A stretch of DNA of 64,000 nt from Alphaproteobacteria bacterium (GTDB lineage: Bacteria > Pseudomonadota > Alphaproteobacteria > SPJN01), in assembly GCA_049609145.1 (NCBI GenBank), contig JBMYYF010000003.1, forward strand, positions 247,770 through 311,769, given 5' to 3'. The notes beneath the pieces were generated by a model. It saw only the letters and a list, made by a program, of their open reading frames with translations, ran no database searches and was not told the DNA's origin. Numbering within the stretch: position 1 is the stretch's first letter; each line of letters starts with the position of its first letter. Positions 38,734 through 49,594 of this stretch are shown piece after piece. Position numbers and translations under genes: made by a program.

Positions 38734-41082
38734 ATGACCGATGGGGCTAAATTTGGGGTCGGCGCGCTTGTCGTTGCAGCCATTGCCATTGCGGTGATGC
38801 TGTTCACGCGTTCTGGCGAGGACACAAGCACTGCACAGGTGGAAGAACCGGCAGCCATAGAAGAAATGGGTGCTGAAGATGGGGCCCAGACAGCCGATAC
38901 GCTGGCAATGACCCCGCATGTCGATTCAGCAGCTACCGCCGCCGATCAACGCCGCGATGCCGCCAACATTAACGGCGCGCGCATCATCGCCGCCGACAGC
39001 GAACCGCAAAACTGGCTGGCCCATGGTCGTACCTATGGCGAACAACGCTATTCACCGCTGGGGCAAATCAATACAGACAATGTGAAGGATCTGGGCCTTG
39101 AGTGGGTCTATGAAACCGGCACAGATCGCGGGCTGGAAGCCAGCCCCATCGTGGTGGATGGCACCATGTATCTCACGGGTTCGTGGTCCATCACCTATGC
39201 GCTGGACGCGCTTACAGGTGAAGAACTGTGGTCCTACGACCCGGAAGTCCCCAGAGAGTGGGGCCGCTATGCCTGCTGTGATGTTGTAAACCGCGGCGTT
39301 GCTGTGTGGGAAGGCAAGGTCTATGTCGGCACCATTGATGGCTATCTGGTGGCACTTGATGCCGGTACCGGCGAGGTGTTGTGGAAGATTGACACCATCA
39401 ACCGCAAGGCCCCCTACACCATCACCGGCGCCCCACGGGTCGTAAAAGGCAAGGTCATCATTGGGAATGGCGGCGCGGAATACGGCGTGCGTGGCTACTT
39501 CACCGCCTATGATGCCAACACAGGTGAGCTGCAATGGCGCTTCTACACCGTGCCGGGTGATCCCTCAAAACCGTTTGAGCACCCCGAGCTTGAGAAAGCA
39601 GCCGAAACCTGGACAGGTGAATGGTGGAACTATGGCGGCGGCGGCACCGCATGGGACAGCATGGCCTACGACCCAGAGCTTGATTTGCTTTATGTCGGCA
39701 CCGGCAATGGCTCACCGTGGAACCGCAATATCCGCAGCCCGGAAGGCGGCGACAACCTATATCTTTCCTCCATTTTGGCAATTGATCCAGATGACGGGTC
39801 GCTGAAATGGCACTACCAAACAACGCCCGGCGAAACCTGGGATTACACTGCCACGCAGCACATTATTTTGGCTGACATGGAAATTGATGGCGCGGTCCGC
39901 AAGGTGCTGATGCAAGCACCGAAAAACGGTTTCTTCTATGTGATTGACCGCGAAACGGGCGAGCTGATCTCGGCGGAAAACTATATCCCGATCTTGTGGG
40001 CTACCCATGTGGACATGGAAACCGGTCGCCCGGTTGAAACACCGGACGCCCGGTATGAGGCCGAAGATGGCTTTGGCCTGATCGGTCCCGTCCCGATCGG
40101 TGGCCACAACTGGCACCCCATGGCCTATAATCCGAATGCGGGCCTTGTTTACATTCCAGCAATTGAAATCAACTCAGTGGCAGAAGTTGACCGGAATTTT
40201 GAATTCAAGGAAGGCGCATGGAATCTTGGGCAAGACTTTAAAGCCCAAACCGACGCACCGCCTGAACTCTTTGCCGGTCGTCTGCTGGCATGGGATCCGG
40301 TAAAACAGAAAGAGGCATGGCGCGTTGAACATTGGGGCGGCTGGAATGGGGGTGTGCTCACCACCGCCGGTAATCTTGTGTTCCAAGGTACAGGCGATGG
40401 CTATGTGAAAGCTCATAACGCCGAAACGGGTGCCACCCTTTGGCAGGCCCCCGCTGGCACGGGCGTGATTGCCCCGCCTGTCACCTGGTCCAAGAACGGC
40501 GAACAATATGTCACCGTTTTGGCCGGTTGGGGCGGCGCCTATGCCTTGGCCTATGGCCGCGCCGCCAAGCAAGCTGGCGTTCATCGTGGTGGTAGCGTTC
40601 TTACCTTCAAACTCGGCGGCACAGCCCAACTTGACCCGGTAGAACGTGGCGGCGAAGCACCCGAACCACCAGCCATGACCGAGGACGCACAAAATGCTGA
40701 ACTGGTTGCCAAAGGCTCCGCCGCTTATGCTAACACCTGCGCTGTCTGCCATGGCATTGGCGCGGTAAGCGGCGGTGTGCTGGCTGATCTGCGTTACTCA
40801 GCCCCAGAGGTCTTCGATATGTATGAAGACATCGTTCTTGAGGGTGTCATGAAGGAACGCGGCATGGCGAGCTTTGCCGACGTGGTAAATGCAGAGGATG
40901 TACGGGCCATCAAAGCCTATGTAATCAGCCGCGCCCATGAAGGCGATGTGCCGACAATCCCCCCCGCCTTCCCAGATCGCATCTGGCGAGCGATGGGCAT
41001 TGATCCTGCCACTGGCCAACCGCTGGCAGCCGCAGAGGAAGAAGCCAATGTGGAAGCCCCAACACCAAAGGGCCAGCAATAG
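38734..41082 (+). CDS. Type II quinohemoprotein alcohol dehydrogenase (PQQ plus heme c)
   Basis: ACCDVVNRG vicinal cysteines, WDYTATQ, PQQ propeller Trp repeats, C-terminal CAVCH. Confidence 0.95.
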   Translation: MTDGAKFGVGALVVAAIAIAVMLFTRSGEDTSTAQVEEPAAIEEMGAEDGAQTADTLAMTPHVDSAATAADQRRDAANINGARIIAADSEPQNWLAHGRTYGEQRYSPLGQINTDNVKDLGLEWVYETGTDRGLEASPIVVDGTMYLTGSWSITYALDALTGEELWSYDPEVPREWGRYACCDVVNRGVAVWEGKVYVGTIDGYLVALDAGTGEVLWKIDTINRKAPYTITGAPRVVKGKVIIGNGGAEYGVRGYFTAYDANTGELQWRFYTVPGDPSKPFEHPELEKAAETWTGEWWNYGGGGTAWDSMAYDPELDLLYVGTGNGSPWNRNIRSPEGGDNLYLSSILAIDPDDGSLKWHYQTTPGETWDYTATQHIILADMEIDGAVRKVLMQAPKNGFFYVIDRETGELISAENYIPILWATHVDMETGRPVETPDARYEAEDGFGLIGPVPIGGHNWHPMAYNPNAGLVYIPAIEINSVAEVDRNFEFKEGAWNLGQDFKAQTDAPPELFAGRLLAWDPVKQKEAWRVEHWGGWNGGVLTTAGNLVFQGTGDGYVKAHNAETGATLWQAPAGTGVIAPPVTWSKNGEQYVTVLAGWGGAYALAYGRAAKQAGVHRGGSVLTFKLGGTAQLDPVERGGEAPEPPAMTEDAQNAELVAKGSAAYANTCAVCHGIGAVSGGVLADLRYSAPEVFDMYEDIVLEGVMKERGMASFADVVNAEDVRAIKAYVISRAHEGDVPTIPPAFPDRIWRAMGIDPATGQPLAAAEEEANVEAPTPKGQQ

Positions 41083-41107
41083 GCATCAACTTAGATCGCT
41101 AAAATTT

Positions 41108-41138
41108 GAAGGGGCTGGCAGAAATGTCAGCCCTTTTC
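41108..41138. terminator. Intrinsic terminator overlapping the rmuC stop
   Basis: GAAGGGGCTGGCA-gaaa-TGTCAGCCCTTTTC hairpin. Confidence 0.7.
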
Positions 41139-42590
41139 TTGTTCGCTGTCGGAGAACTCCAGCACCGGCTGGGTTTCATGTTCTTCCTCGGCGCTGTCCA
41201 CAAGCCCTTGATCAAGGCTTTTCTTGCTGCGTGCGCCCAACGCCTTTAGCTGCTCGGACTGGCGCACCAAATTCCCGCGCCCCAGTTTCAGCTTATTGAA
41301 CGCATCCCCATAGGCTTTCTGCGCCCCATCCAATGATTTACCAATGGTTTCCAAATCACCCACAAAGTTCACAAACTTGTCGTAGAGCCGCCCGGCACGA
41401 TCTGCAATATCGCGCGCATTTTGGTTTTGCTGTTCTGTCCGCCACAGGCTGGCAACTGTGCGTAGCAGGGCCATCAAAGTCGTTGGCGTTGCGATCATCA
41501 CGCGCGTGCCCGCCGCCTCTGCCAACAATCCGGCCTCCGAAGCCGATGCGGCAGCCAGTGCCCCCTCTATCGGCACAAACATGATGACGTAATCCACGCG
41601 CGTACCAACCTCGCGCGCATAATCCTTCGCTGCCAGTGACTTCACGTGATTGCGCATTGAGGTAACGTGGCGCGCCAGCGCGGCCTCACGTTCGCCTTCT
41701 TCCGGCGCGTTCACATAGTCATCAAAGGCGGTAAGGGAAACCTTGGAATCAATTACAATGCGATCTGTGCCGCCGGGCAAATCGACAATCACATCTGGGC
41801 GAATACGCTTGCCATCATCCAATGTGTGACTTTCCTGTGTATGAAACTCCCGCCCTTCTTCAAGGCCCGACCGTTCAAGGATCGTTTCCAGAATCATTTC
41901 GCCCCACGCCCCTTGGGCTTGGCTATCCGACTTCAGCGCCCGAGTAAGGTTGGATGCCTCACTGGTCATTGCCTGCCCCAAATCAGTCAAGCCACGCAGT
42001 TGTTCACCCAATTGCGTGCGCTGTTGCATGGCATCTGTATGGCTGCGATCCAGCCCTTCGCGAAACTCTTTAAGGCGTGTGTGCATGGGATTGAGCAACG
42101 CTTCCAACTGGTCCTTGTTTTGAGACTTGAGCGTTTCGCCCTGATTGGCCAGCGCCTTATTGGCAAGCTCTCCAAATTCCTGCGTCATTTGCTGGCGCAT
42201 TTCTTTCAGCAGCGCCACGTTTTCTTCCAAAGCGGTCTTGTTTTTCTCCAGCCCCTCAACACGTTCGCGCAACGCCGCAATATCTGCCTGCGCGTTGTTC
42301 AGGCGTTGAAGGGATTTTTCCTCCGCCTCCTTGGCGGCGCGCGCGGCCTCCTCAGCTTTGGCGCGGGCGCCTGCTGCCTCCACCTTGTCAGCTTGCAGGG
42401 CTTCCACCTTGGCTTTTTGAACCGAAAGCTCGGCCTCCAGTCCTGGCACCCGCTCTGCAATGGCTTCTTGCACCGCCAAGTCACGCGCCAGCTCACTGTC
42501 ATCGGCACCGCGTCTGCCCAGCAAAAAACCGATAGCGGCGGCACCCAGCGCAATAAAACTCGCAAAAATTGCAAACTCAATATAGGTCAT
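41127..42590 (-). CDS. rmuC: DNA recombination protein RmuC
   Basis: TM plus coiled coil; QGAWGE, RPDVIV, IDSKVSL and ATPTTL motifs. Confidence 0.95.
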   Translation of the reverse strand: MTYIEFAIFASFIALGAAAIGFLLGRRGADDSELARDLAVQEAIAERVPGLEAELSVQKAKVEALQADKVEAAGARAKAEEAARAAKEAEEKSLQRLNNAQADIAALRERVEGLEKNKTALEENVALLKEMRQQMTQEFGELANKALANQGETLKSQNKDQLEALLNPMHTRLKEFREGLDRSHTDAMQQRTQLGEQLRGLTDLGQAMTSEASNLTRALKSDSQAQGAWGEMILETILERSGLEEGREFHTQESHTLDDGKRIRPDVIVDLPGGTDRIVIDSKVSLTAFDDYVNAPEEGEREAALARHVTSMRNHVKSLAAKDYAREVGTRVDYVIMFVPIEGALAAASASEAGLLAEAAGTRVMIATPTTLMALLRTVASLWRTEQQNQNARDIADRAGRLYDKFVNFVGDLETIGKSLDGAQKAYGDAFNKLKLGRGNLVRQSEQLKALGARSKKSLDQGLVDSAEEEHETQPVLEFSDSEQEKG

Positions 42591-42606
42591 CTGCTTACTC
42601 TCAAGG

Positions 42607-43692
42607 CTATACGGTGAACGAACGATATGTCAGGTCATTGTCGCTGCTATCGTCAATTTGCGACGTAAATGAGGCCATGACATCGTGATCAGGCGAAAGG
42701 GCACAGGCGGGATCAACCGCCGCCGCATCCCCAGCCAGCGCCAGTGCCTGACAACGACAGCCGCCGAAGTCTACATCGCGCCTTTCACAACTCTGGCATG
42801 GTTCGGGCATCCAGTCTGTCCCGCGATAGGCATTGAAGGCCGGGCTATCATGCCAGATTTCCTTTAACGATCTTTCCAACACAGAAGGGAAGGATAGATG
42901 CTCAATCGTTTCTGCCGCATGGCACGGCAACACCTTGCCCGATGGCGTCACGTTAAAGAACCTGCGTGCCCAGCCACCCATACACGCCTTGGGGCGCGCG
43001 GCGTAGTAATCCGGCACGACGTGATCGATCACCAGTTTGCCTTTTAGGTCCGTAATCGCCTGATCTGTGATCCGCGCCGCCTTATCCACCTGTGCGCGTG
43101 TCGGCATCAAGGCCGCGCGGTTTTTAAGGCCCCAGCCATAATATTGAGTATGGGCCAACTCCAACCGCCCCGCCCCCATATCAACCGCCTGCTGAATTAT
43201 TTGCGGCAGCCGGTCCACATTGTGACGGGTTAAAACTGTATTGACTGTAAAGGCAAAACCAATCTCCAACACTTCTTTGGCAAAGGCATGCTTCTTTTCA
43301 AAGCTGCCTTTGAGACCCGCCATATGGTCGGACGCGCCTGCCTCAACATCTTGAATGGATAGCTGAATATGGGACAGGCCCGCTTCTTTCAATGCCACCA
43401 ACCGCGCCTTGTCTAGCAGTAATCCCGACGTAATGAGATTGCCGTAAAGCCCTGCCGCGCTGGCAGCTTGCACGATTTCAACCAAATCCTTCCGCACTGC
43501 GGGTTCCCCGCCAGATAGATGCACCTGTAAGCATCCCAATGCAGCAGCCTCCTGCATTACGCGCACCCAATCAGCCGTGGACAGTTCTGCGCTTGCCCGA
43601 TCCAACTCCAGCGGGTTGGAACAATAGGCACAGCGCAGCGGGCAGCGATGCGTAAGTTCTGCCAACAAGGCAAGGGGCGGATCAACATTCAT
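42607..43692 (-). CDS. pqqE: PqqA peptide cyclase (radical SAM/SPASM)
   Basis: CPLRCAYC, CMGGW and CQSC...GGCRC motifs. Confidence 0.97.
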   Translation of the reverse strand: MNVDPPLALLAELTHRCPLRCAYCSNPLELDRASAELSTADWVRVMQEAAALGCLQVHLSGGEPAVRKDLVEIVQAASAAGLYGNLITSGLLLDKARLVALKEAGLSHIQLSIQDVEAGASDHMAGLKGSFEKKHAFAKEVLEIGFAFTVNTVLTRHNVDRLPQIIQQAVDMGAGRLELAHTQYYGWGLKNRAALMPTRAQVDKAARITDQAITDLKGKLVIDHVVPDYYAARPKACMGGWARRFFNVTPSGKVLPCHAAETIEHLSFPSVLERSLKEIWHDSPAFNAYRGTDWMPEPCQSCERRDVDFGGCRCQALALAGDAAAVDPACALSPDHDVMASFTSQIDDSSDNDLTYRSFTV

Positions 43693-43964
43693 ACGGAGAC
43701 AAACCCTTTTTCTACAAGGTCGCCCAGAAACTCAATCACATCCGCCGCTATAGCGTCACGCGGCGCATCATAGGCGGCGGCGAGATCATCAATGATTGTG
43801 GCCAAGGCATCTTCGCCCGTCACCTTATTCAAAATGGCAACACCTTGATCGTCCAATAACAGCACACGCTCTGGCGCGTTCATAATCCATTGGCCGCGCG
43901 CTTCGTCAAATCGCACCTGAATATGGGGGGAAAGCGCGGGAATGGCGGTTTCAGGCAAACTCAT
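43689..43964 (-). CDS. pqqD: PQQ biosynthesis peptide chaperone
   Basis: RFDEARGQWIMNAPER motif; 91 aa between pqqC and pqqE. Confidence 0.95.
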   Translation of the reverse strand: MSLPETAIPALSPHIQVRFDEARGQWIMNAPERVLLLDDQGVAILNKVTGEDALATIIDDLAAAYDAPRDAIAADVIEFLGDLVEKGFVSV

Positions 43965-44743
43965 TCCGCCTCCTTCGGCGCAAAGGCACCGGGGGAAATA
44001 ACATGAGGCCCCGCCCCATAAGCATAATCCAGCGCATCCAGCATGGACCACAAAAGCCCGGTCTTGAAGCGCAGCGCCTCTATAACCGCCTGCTGCTGTT
44101 CGAGCGTTTGCGCATGTTCCTTGCAGTAATTAAGTGCGAAGGTGGAATCTTGCGGGGCTTGGGTGAGCCGCTTGTCGAAATACGCCAAAGTGCTCCCCTC
44201 CACATAGTCATAATTCGCCAACATGCCTGCCACGCGATCCGCGATGATCGCGGGGGCAAACAACTCTGTCAAGGATGAGGCAATCGCCTCAAGCAAGCTG
44301 CGTTCCGCCACAAAGCGCACATAGGCTTCCACCGCAAATTTGGTGGCGGGCAGCGCCCCACGTTCTGACAGCACATAAGCACGATCCAGTCCCAAGCCTT
44401 CACACAACTTAATCCAGCGTTCCACGCCGCCTTCATCGCCTTCTCTGCCGTCGTGATCTTCGATACGCCTGCGCCATTCGCGGCGCAGTGCCAGATCATT
44501 CAACCGCGCCATCAAGGCGGCATCTTTCAAAGGCACCCGGCTTTGATACAGATAACGGTTCAGCGCCCATGCCTGCAGCGCACCTTTGGATAGCTTGCCA
44601 TCCCGCATAGCGGCATGAAAGGGATGTTGGTTGTGATAGCGCTCATCCAACAGGCCGCGCAGCGCAGCCTCCAAGTCATCCGGGCTTACGGTGCCCTCCA
44701 ACACCCAATCCGCAGCACGTAGCTTCTCAAGATCAAGGCTCAC
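43961..44743 (-). CDS. pqqC: Pyrroloquinoline quinone synthase
   Basis: RYHNQHPFH, WALNRY, RIEDHDG and SSLTELFAP motifs. Confidence 0.97.
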   Translation of the reverse strand: MSLDLEKLRAADWVLEGTVSPDDLEAALRGLLDERYHNQHPFHAAMRDGKLSKGALQAWALNRYLYQSRVPLKDAALMARLNDLALRREWRRRIEDHDGREGDEGGVERWIKLCEGLGLDRAYVLSERGALPATKFAVEAYVRFVAERSLLEAIASSLTELFAPAIIADRVAGMLANYDYVEGSTLAYFDKRLTQAPQDSTFALNYCKEHAQTLEQQQAVIEALRFKTGLLWSMLDALDYAYGAGPHVISPGAFAPKEAE

Positions 44744-45642
44744 AGATCAATCTCCATCTTGTCATGGGCGACCCCCCAGCCCGCGCCTTCCACCACGCCG
44801 CGTTCCTTGGAGCCGCGATCCAGAACCGGGTTGGTGTTGTTCAAATGGATGTAAAGCCGTTTGCCAATATCAACATCATCAAAGGCATTCAGTGATCCCC
44901 CGTCACCGGTGATGGAAATATGCCCCATCCGAGCGCCGGTTTTGATGCTTTCGCCGCTGCTTGTCATTTCCGCATCAAAATAGAGAGTGCCATCAAACAA
45001 CAAAAGCGCAGCGCCTTGCGCGCGCGCCTTCAGCTCGTCCGTAATTTGGGCGCAGCCGGGCACATATAAAACCCGTTTTCCCGCATGGGAAATCTCAACT
45101 CCAACCGTATCTTCCTCCACCGTGCCGAAATTCGCTTCGCCTTCTTTCTCCAGATAAAGAGCCACTTTTCCCGGCACAGGAAACAGCGTGATGGTGAGCC
45201 CGGCGACCTCGAAAGCGGTGTTCGCCTGCACTGCTTTGCGCGTCACAAATTCAGGGTTAAGCACATTGAAAACACTGTTGCTGCCAAGCGTAGCCAACAC
45301 CCGGCTGGTCGCGTAAAGACTATAGGCTTGGCGCTCCCGCAAGGTGAGCAGTCCCGCAATATGATCGACATCGGCATTCGACAGCACCACGCCTTTGATT
45401 GGCGTGTGTCGCAACACCTCGCCGTTGGGGTGCATAGCGGGATTTTCAGTAAATTGTTGGCGCAGATCAGGTGAGGCGTTGAACAACACCCAATCCACCC
45501 CATCGGCACTTACCGCAATGGAGCTTTGAGTTTGCGGTGGGCAATCAGGGTCGCCTGCGCGCGCGCGTTTGTTCAACGCATTGTTGGCGTTCCATTGCGG
45601 AAAGCCACCGCCTGCAGCGGCCCCCAAAATCAAAATTTTCAT
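44740..45642 (-). CDS. pqqB: PQQ biosynthesis protein B (MBL fold)
   Basis: GAAAGGGFPQWN, TQSSIA, NASPD and HLNNTNP motifs. Confidence 0.97.
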   Translation of the reverse strand: MKILILGAAAGGGFPQWNANNALNKRARAGDPDCPPQTQSSIAVSADGVDWVLFNASPDLRQQFTENPAMHPNGEVLRHTPIKGVVLSNADVDHIAGLLTLRERQAYSLYATSRVLATLGSNSVFNVLNPEFVTRKAVQANTAFEVAGLTITLFPVPGKVALYLEKEGEANFGTVEEDTVGVEISHAGKRVLYVPGCAQITDELKARAQGAALLLFDGTLYFDAEMTSSGESIKTGARMGHISITGDGGSLNAFDDVDIGKRLYIHLNNTNPVLDRGSKERGVVEGAGWGVAHDKMEIDL

Positions 45643-45664
45643 GACGCTTCTATTCCAAAACAAA

Positions 45665-45692
45665 ATGGGCTGCCGCGTTGCCGCCGGCAGCC
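45665..45692 (-). terminator. Hairpin between pqqA and pqqB (attenuating or stabilising stem)
   Basis: TGGGCTGCCG...CGGCAGCCCA followed by ATTTTGTTTT on the minus strand. Confidence 0.65.
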
Positions 45693-45724
45693 CACCTATT
45701 CTTTAACAGAAAAAGGGGTTCGCC

Positions 45725-45808
45725 CTATTTCTTAAGCTCCGCACAGGCATAGCAATTGATTTCAAGCCCAACGGGAATTTCGATAATTTTCGGTTTCGTC
45801 CATTTCAT
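45725..45808 (-). CDS. pqqA: PQQ precursor peptide (27 aa: MKWTKPKIIEIPVGLEINCYACAELKK)
   Basis: W-x-x-P leader and E-x-x-x-Y core; AGGAAAGGGG RBS; directly upstream of pqqB. Confidence 0.95.
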   Translation of the reverse strand: MKWTKPKIIEIPVGLEINCYACAELKK

Positions 45809-45893
45809 GGCAATCCCCTTTCCTGTCTGTTTATAATTGCCCCTACAATGCCCGATCCGGGCGCGCGAGACAAGAGTATAAGGAACGCTGACA

Positions 45894-46829
45894 ATGTTAC
45901 GGTTGATCACAATTTTGTGGGTGTTAATAACACCTGCTTTAGCCGCGGAATGGCAGATTTTGGCCGATATGCATACAAGCCGGTCTGAAATCACTGCGGC
46001 CCACCTCAACGGGCACATTTATGTTGCAGGCGGCATTTCAATACCCGGCACACGCAAAGAGTTCGAGGCTTACGACATTGCCAGCGGCACATGGGCCAAG
46101 CTCGCCCCCCTGCCCAAGCCGCTGCATCATGTTGCGTTGGCCGCCGCTAGTGGCAAAATCTATGCAACCGGGGGCTATGTTGCCTTGGACTTCAGCCCAA
46201 ATGACCCGGAATTGTGGGAATATGACCCGGGAGAGGATCGCTGGGTCCGCAAAGCCGATATGCCTGCGGCGCGTGGCGAACACGCCATGGTGAGTTGGCG
46301 CGGCAAGCTCTATGTCATCTCCGGCAGAGGCCAGAACGCCCGACAAGTTTGGGAATATGATCCCGCAAGCGATACTTGGACCGCAGACCGCGCGCCCATC
46401 CCCACCTATCGTCATTCGGCGGCTGTGATGCTGAATGAAGTCACGGGCCAAGTCTATGTGGCAGGCGGACGTGACGACACCTATAGCGTACTCACCCCAG
46501 TTGAAGTCTATGACATCCCAACCGACACATGGAAAAGCCTGCCCGACCTTCCCACACCTTTGGGCGGCCATGGCGGTGCCTATTATGGCGGCAACCTGCA
46601 CATATTCGGCGGAGAACTGTTGGACAGCGCCGAGGTGCTGGATGAGCACTATGTGCTCAATCTCGCGTCGGGGATATGGACTGAAGGCCCACCCCTTGCC
46701 AAGCCAAGGCACGGGATTGCCTATATCACCGTTAATGGCATCACCTATGTGATCGGCGGCGGCTCCAAAGCGGGGTGGCGCACCTATTTCTTCGCGACGG
46801 ACACACTGCAGGCCTACACCCACCAATAG
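45894..46829 (+). CDS. Secreted Kelch-repeat beta-propeller protein
   Basis: Signal peptide ending ALA; six repeats of R...IYVxGG...YD...W. Confidence 0.9.
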   Translation: MLRLITILWVLITPALAAEWQILADMHTSRSEITAAHLNGHIYVAGGISIPGTRKEFEAYDIASGTWAKLAPLPKPLHHVALAAASGKIYATGGYVALDFSPNDPELWEYDPGEDRWVRKADMPAARGEHAMVSWRGKLYVISGRGQNARQVWEYDPASDTWTADRAPIPTYRHSAAVMLNEVTGQVYVAGGRDDTYSVLTPVEVYDIPTDTWKSLPDLPTPLGGHGGAYYGGNLHIFGGELLDSAEVLDEHYVLNLASGIWTEGPPLAKPRHGIAYITVNGITYVIGGGSKAGWRTYFFATDTLQAYTHQ

Positions 46830-46905
46830 CCAATTGCTTGCATTCGCCTTGAAAGCGCGCAATCTTACGCGCCAAGTAACATATAGTCAGCCAATGGGGG
46901 GAACC

Positions 46906-48147
46906 ATGTTTGAGCCAACGAAGATCACCGCACCAGAAGAAGTGGGGCTAAGCACGGAGCGCCTAGGCCGCATCGCGCCCTATATGCAGAAATATCTGGA
47001 TGCGGGAAAATTCGCCGCTCTTTCAACCATGGTGGCCCGGCGCGGACAAATCGCGCATTTTTCTACACAGGGCCACAAGGCGTTTGATGGCCCGGCGCTG
47101 ACGCAAGACACGATCTTCCGTATCTATTCCATGACCAAGCCCATCACTTCCGTCGGGTTGATGATGCTTTATGAGCAAGGAGCGTTTCGGCTGGATCATC
47201 CAGTGCATCGCTATTTGCCAGAATTCAAGGACACACAGGTTTGGGCAAATGGCACGGCTGACAGCTTTGCGACAGAGACGCAACGCCGTCCCATGCAAAT
47301 CATTGATCTGCTGCGCCACACATCGGGCCTCACCTATGACTTTATGTTCCAACACCCGGTCGATAAGCTCTACCGCAAGAACAAGCTGTTCTCTGCACGC
47401 GGCAAGGGCTACACGCTGGAAGAATTCGTCAAAGGCGTTGCGGCACAGCCTTTGATGTTCCACCCGGGTGAAAGCTGGAATTACTCCGTTTCAACCGATG
47501 TGTGCGGCCGCCTGATCGAGGTTATGTCCGGCCAATCGCTGGGAGACTTTTTCGCGGAACACATTTTCAAGCCACTCAAAATGGTCGATACCGGCTTTAA
47601 GCTGCCGCTCGACAAAATTGATCGCTTTGCCGCCTGCTATGAGAAAGACCCGGTCACGCGGGAAATCAAATTGCAGGACAGCCCGGAAACCAGCCCTTAT
47701 CTGGAAAACTCGGAACGCGCCATTCAATCCGGGGGCGGTGGGCTGGTCAGCACCATGAGCGACTATATGCGGTTTGCCCAAATGTTGCTGAATGGCGGTG
47801 AGCTGGATGGCGCGCGCATTCTCTCACCCACCACCATCAACCTCATGACCTTGAACCATCTTGAGAACAATCAGACCATTGGTGAAATGGGCGACAGCCT
47901 GTTCACCGAGGCCACAATGGATGGCACAGGGTTTGGGCTGGGATTCGGCGTGGTGATTGATCAAGCCCGCGCAGCCGATGCCACATCCGAAGGAGCGTTC
48001 TCCTGGGGCGGGGCGGCTTCAACCTATTTCTGGATTGATCCCAAACAGGATTTGATTGGTTTGATGATGACGCAAATCATGCCTTCCACCTCCTATCCCA
48101 TTCGCCCTCAGTTTCAGCAATTGGTCTATGCCAGCATCGTGGACTGA
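46906..48147 (+). CDS. Serine hydrolase (beta-lactamase family esterase)
   Basis: YSMTK (SxxK), LRHTSG, WNYS and WGGAAST motifs. Confidence 0.92.
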   Translation: MFEPTKITAPEEVGLSTERLGRIAPYMQKYLDAGKFAALSTMVARRGQIAHFSTQGHKAFDGPALTQDTIFRIYSMTKPITSVGLMMLYEQGAFRLDHPVHRYLPEFKDTQVWANGTADSFATETQRRPMQIIDLLRHTSGLTYDFMFQHPVDKLYRKNKLFSARGKGYTLEEFVKGVAAQPLMFHPGESWNYSVSTDVCGRLIEVMSGQSLGDFFAEHIFKPLKMVDTGFKLPLDKIDRFAACYEKDPVTREIKLQDSPETSPYLENSERAIQSGGGGLVSTMSDYMRFAQMLLNGGELDGARILSPTTINLMTLNHLENNQTIGEMGDSLFTEATMDGTGFGLGFGVVIDQARAADATSEGAFSWGGAASTYFWIDPKQDLIGLMMTQIMPSTSYPIRPQFQQLVYASIVD

Positions 48148-48733
48148 CGCCCTGCCCGCAGGCTGCCTGATCGCCGGGGGCGCGGGCAGCCGCTTAGGCG
48201 GCCAAAAAGCGGAAGCCATATTGGGTGATAAACCACTGTTTCAGCACACGCTGGATCGGGTAGAATCACAGGTTAGGCCACTGGCAATCAACAGCGCTCC
48301 GGCTGATTGGATACCGGAAGGCATATCCACCCTGCCCGATACGCAACCGGATCAAGGCCCGCTTATGGGCCTGCAAGTCGCCCTGCTATGGGCGCAGATG
48401 CAAGGCGCTGATTGGCTTTTCACCGCCCCGATTGATTGCCCCTTTCTACCGCGAGAGATAGTCCAACGCTTGATAAACAAGCGCGCCGATCGCAGCCTTG
48501 CGGTTATCGCAAAAGCCGGGGGCCGCGCGCACAATCTCACCGCCCTTTGGCATGTGGATGTGCTGCCCACGCTCATCGCGCATCTGGATCAATACCAACG
48601 ATCCGCCCACAAGCTGATCGCCGCCTTGCCCCACAACACCGTCACCTTCGATGAACCGCACGCCTTCTTCAACATCAACACGCCGGGCGATTTGAAAGAA
48701 GCCGAGCTTCTTTTGAACACGCCGGGTTTGTAG
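48128..48733 (+). CDS. mobA: Molybdenum cofactor guanylyltransferase
   Basis: AGGAGSRLGG-K, QGPLMG, DCPFLP and FFNINTP motifs. Confidence 0.88.
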   Translation: MPASWTDALPAGCLIAGGAGSRLGGQKAEAILGDKPLFQHTLDRVESQVRPLAINSAPADWIPEGISTLPDTQPDQGPLMGLQVALLWAQMQGADWLFTAPIDCPFLPREIVQRLINKRADRSLAVIAKAGGRAHNLTALWHVDVLPTLIAHLDQYQRSAHKLIAALPHNTVTFDEPHAFFNINTPGDLKEAELLLNTPGL

Positions 48734-48865
48734 CGACTTTGGCCCCCCAGTGCCTCGCCCTTCAAAAGATTGTGACCGGCATTTCCATCGTTAAATTGAT
48801 ACTAGATCATCGGCAGAAGATTGATCGCCTCATCGGCCACAGATTGCCCTTTGACCCGCCAATTT

Positions 48866-49399
48866 CTATCTTGGCACCTTGTCACTCTTTGCTGGTGAGT
48901 AAGTGACATCCACGCTGTAAGGCTTGTCATCACGTTTCCACATGGCCAAATTGACATCCACCTTGTCCAAATACCAAACAGCACCGCGCACCATCGAGAC
49001 CTCCACTTTGGAATATGGCGCACCGTAGGCTTTCCCTAACACACGCATGGTGGAGTGAAAGGCACGGGAATAATCAACCCCCTCACCCTTGGCCTGCAAA
49101 ATCTCTTTGACCATTGCCAGTTTGCCATCTTCAAAAAGCATGGAGACTTTGAACGGCACCCCCCCTATCTCGTATGGCTCTATTCGAACACGCTCCAACT
49201 CTTCCCCACGTTTGATCATGCTCGGATCACCCGCATCGATCGCAACGGCATCCGGAAAAATGTTCAATACCTCATCGACGGACATGCCCACCTTTGCACC
49301 ACGCCACAAATCAGCCCCCTTTGCCTCTTCCGTGCAGGCGGCCAAAACACAAGCCATCAACAGGCTGGCAATTGTAATAACAACACTTCTTTTATGCAT
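48866..49399 (-). CDS. Hypothetical lipoprotein
   Basis: LAAC lipobox; W-x-G-x-x-x-GMS-x-x-EV motif; no family recognised. Confidence 0.65.
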   Translation of the reverse strand: MHKRSVVITIASLLMACVLAACTEEAKGADLWRGAKVGMSVDEVLNIFPDAVAIDAGDPSMIKRGEELERVRIEPYEIGGVPFKVSMLFEDGKLAMVKEILQAKGEGVDYSRAFHSTMRVLGKAYGAPYSKVEVSMVRGAVWYLDKVDVNLAMWKRDDKPYSVDVTYSPAKSDKVPR

Positions 49400-49594
49400 A
49401 GACTTCTCAACTTCCCACGAGATCGCTTGATACAAACTTGGATTGGTCACAATGACAGAGCGATAGTCCGCCAATGTCGACTTTCTTGTAAAAAACCGCT
49501 CATTCACCATTTTCGCGTTCACTATTTTGGCGTTCATTGTGCCGAACGATAGATTGTCGCTTTAACCCCGCGCGATTAACGGCATTCCCGCGTG

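Noticed and set aside
39835-39865. Lanthanide-dependent ADH
   Set aside because: The active-site motif is WDYTAT, lacking the second Asp (D-x-D) of XoxF/ExaF/PedH, so it is consistent with the Ca2+ type.
45725-45808. Novel Cys-containing RiPP precursor
   Set aside because: The ExxxY core and the complete pqqBCDE context identify an ordinary PqqA.
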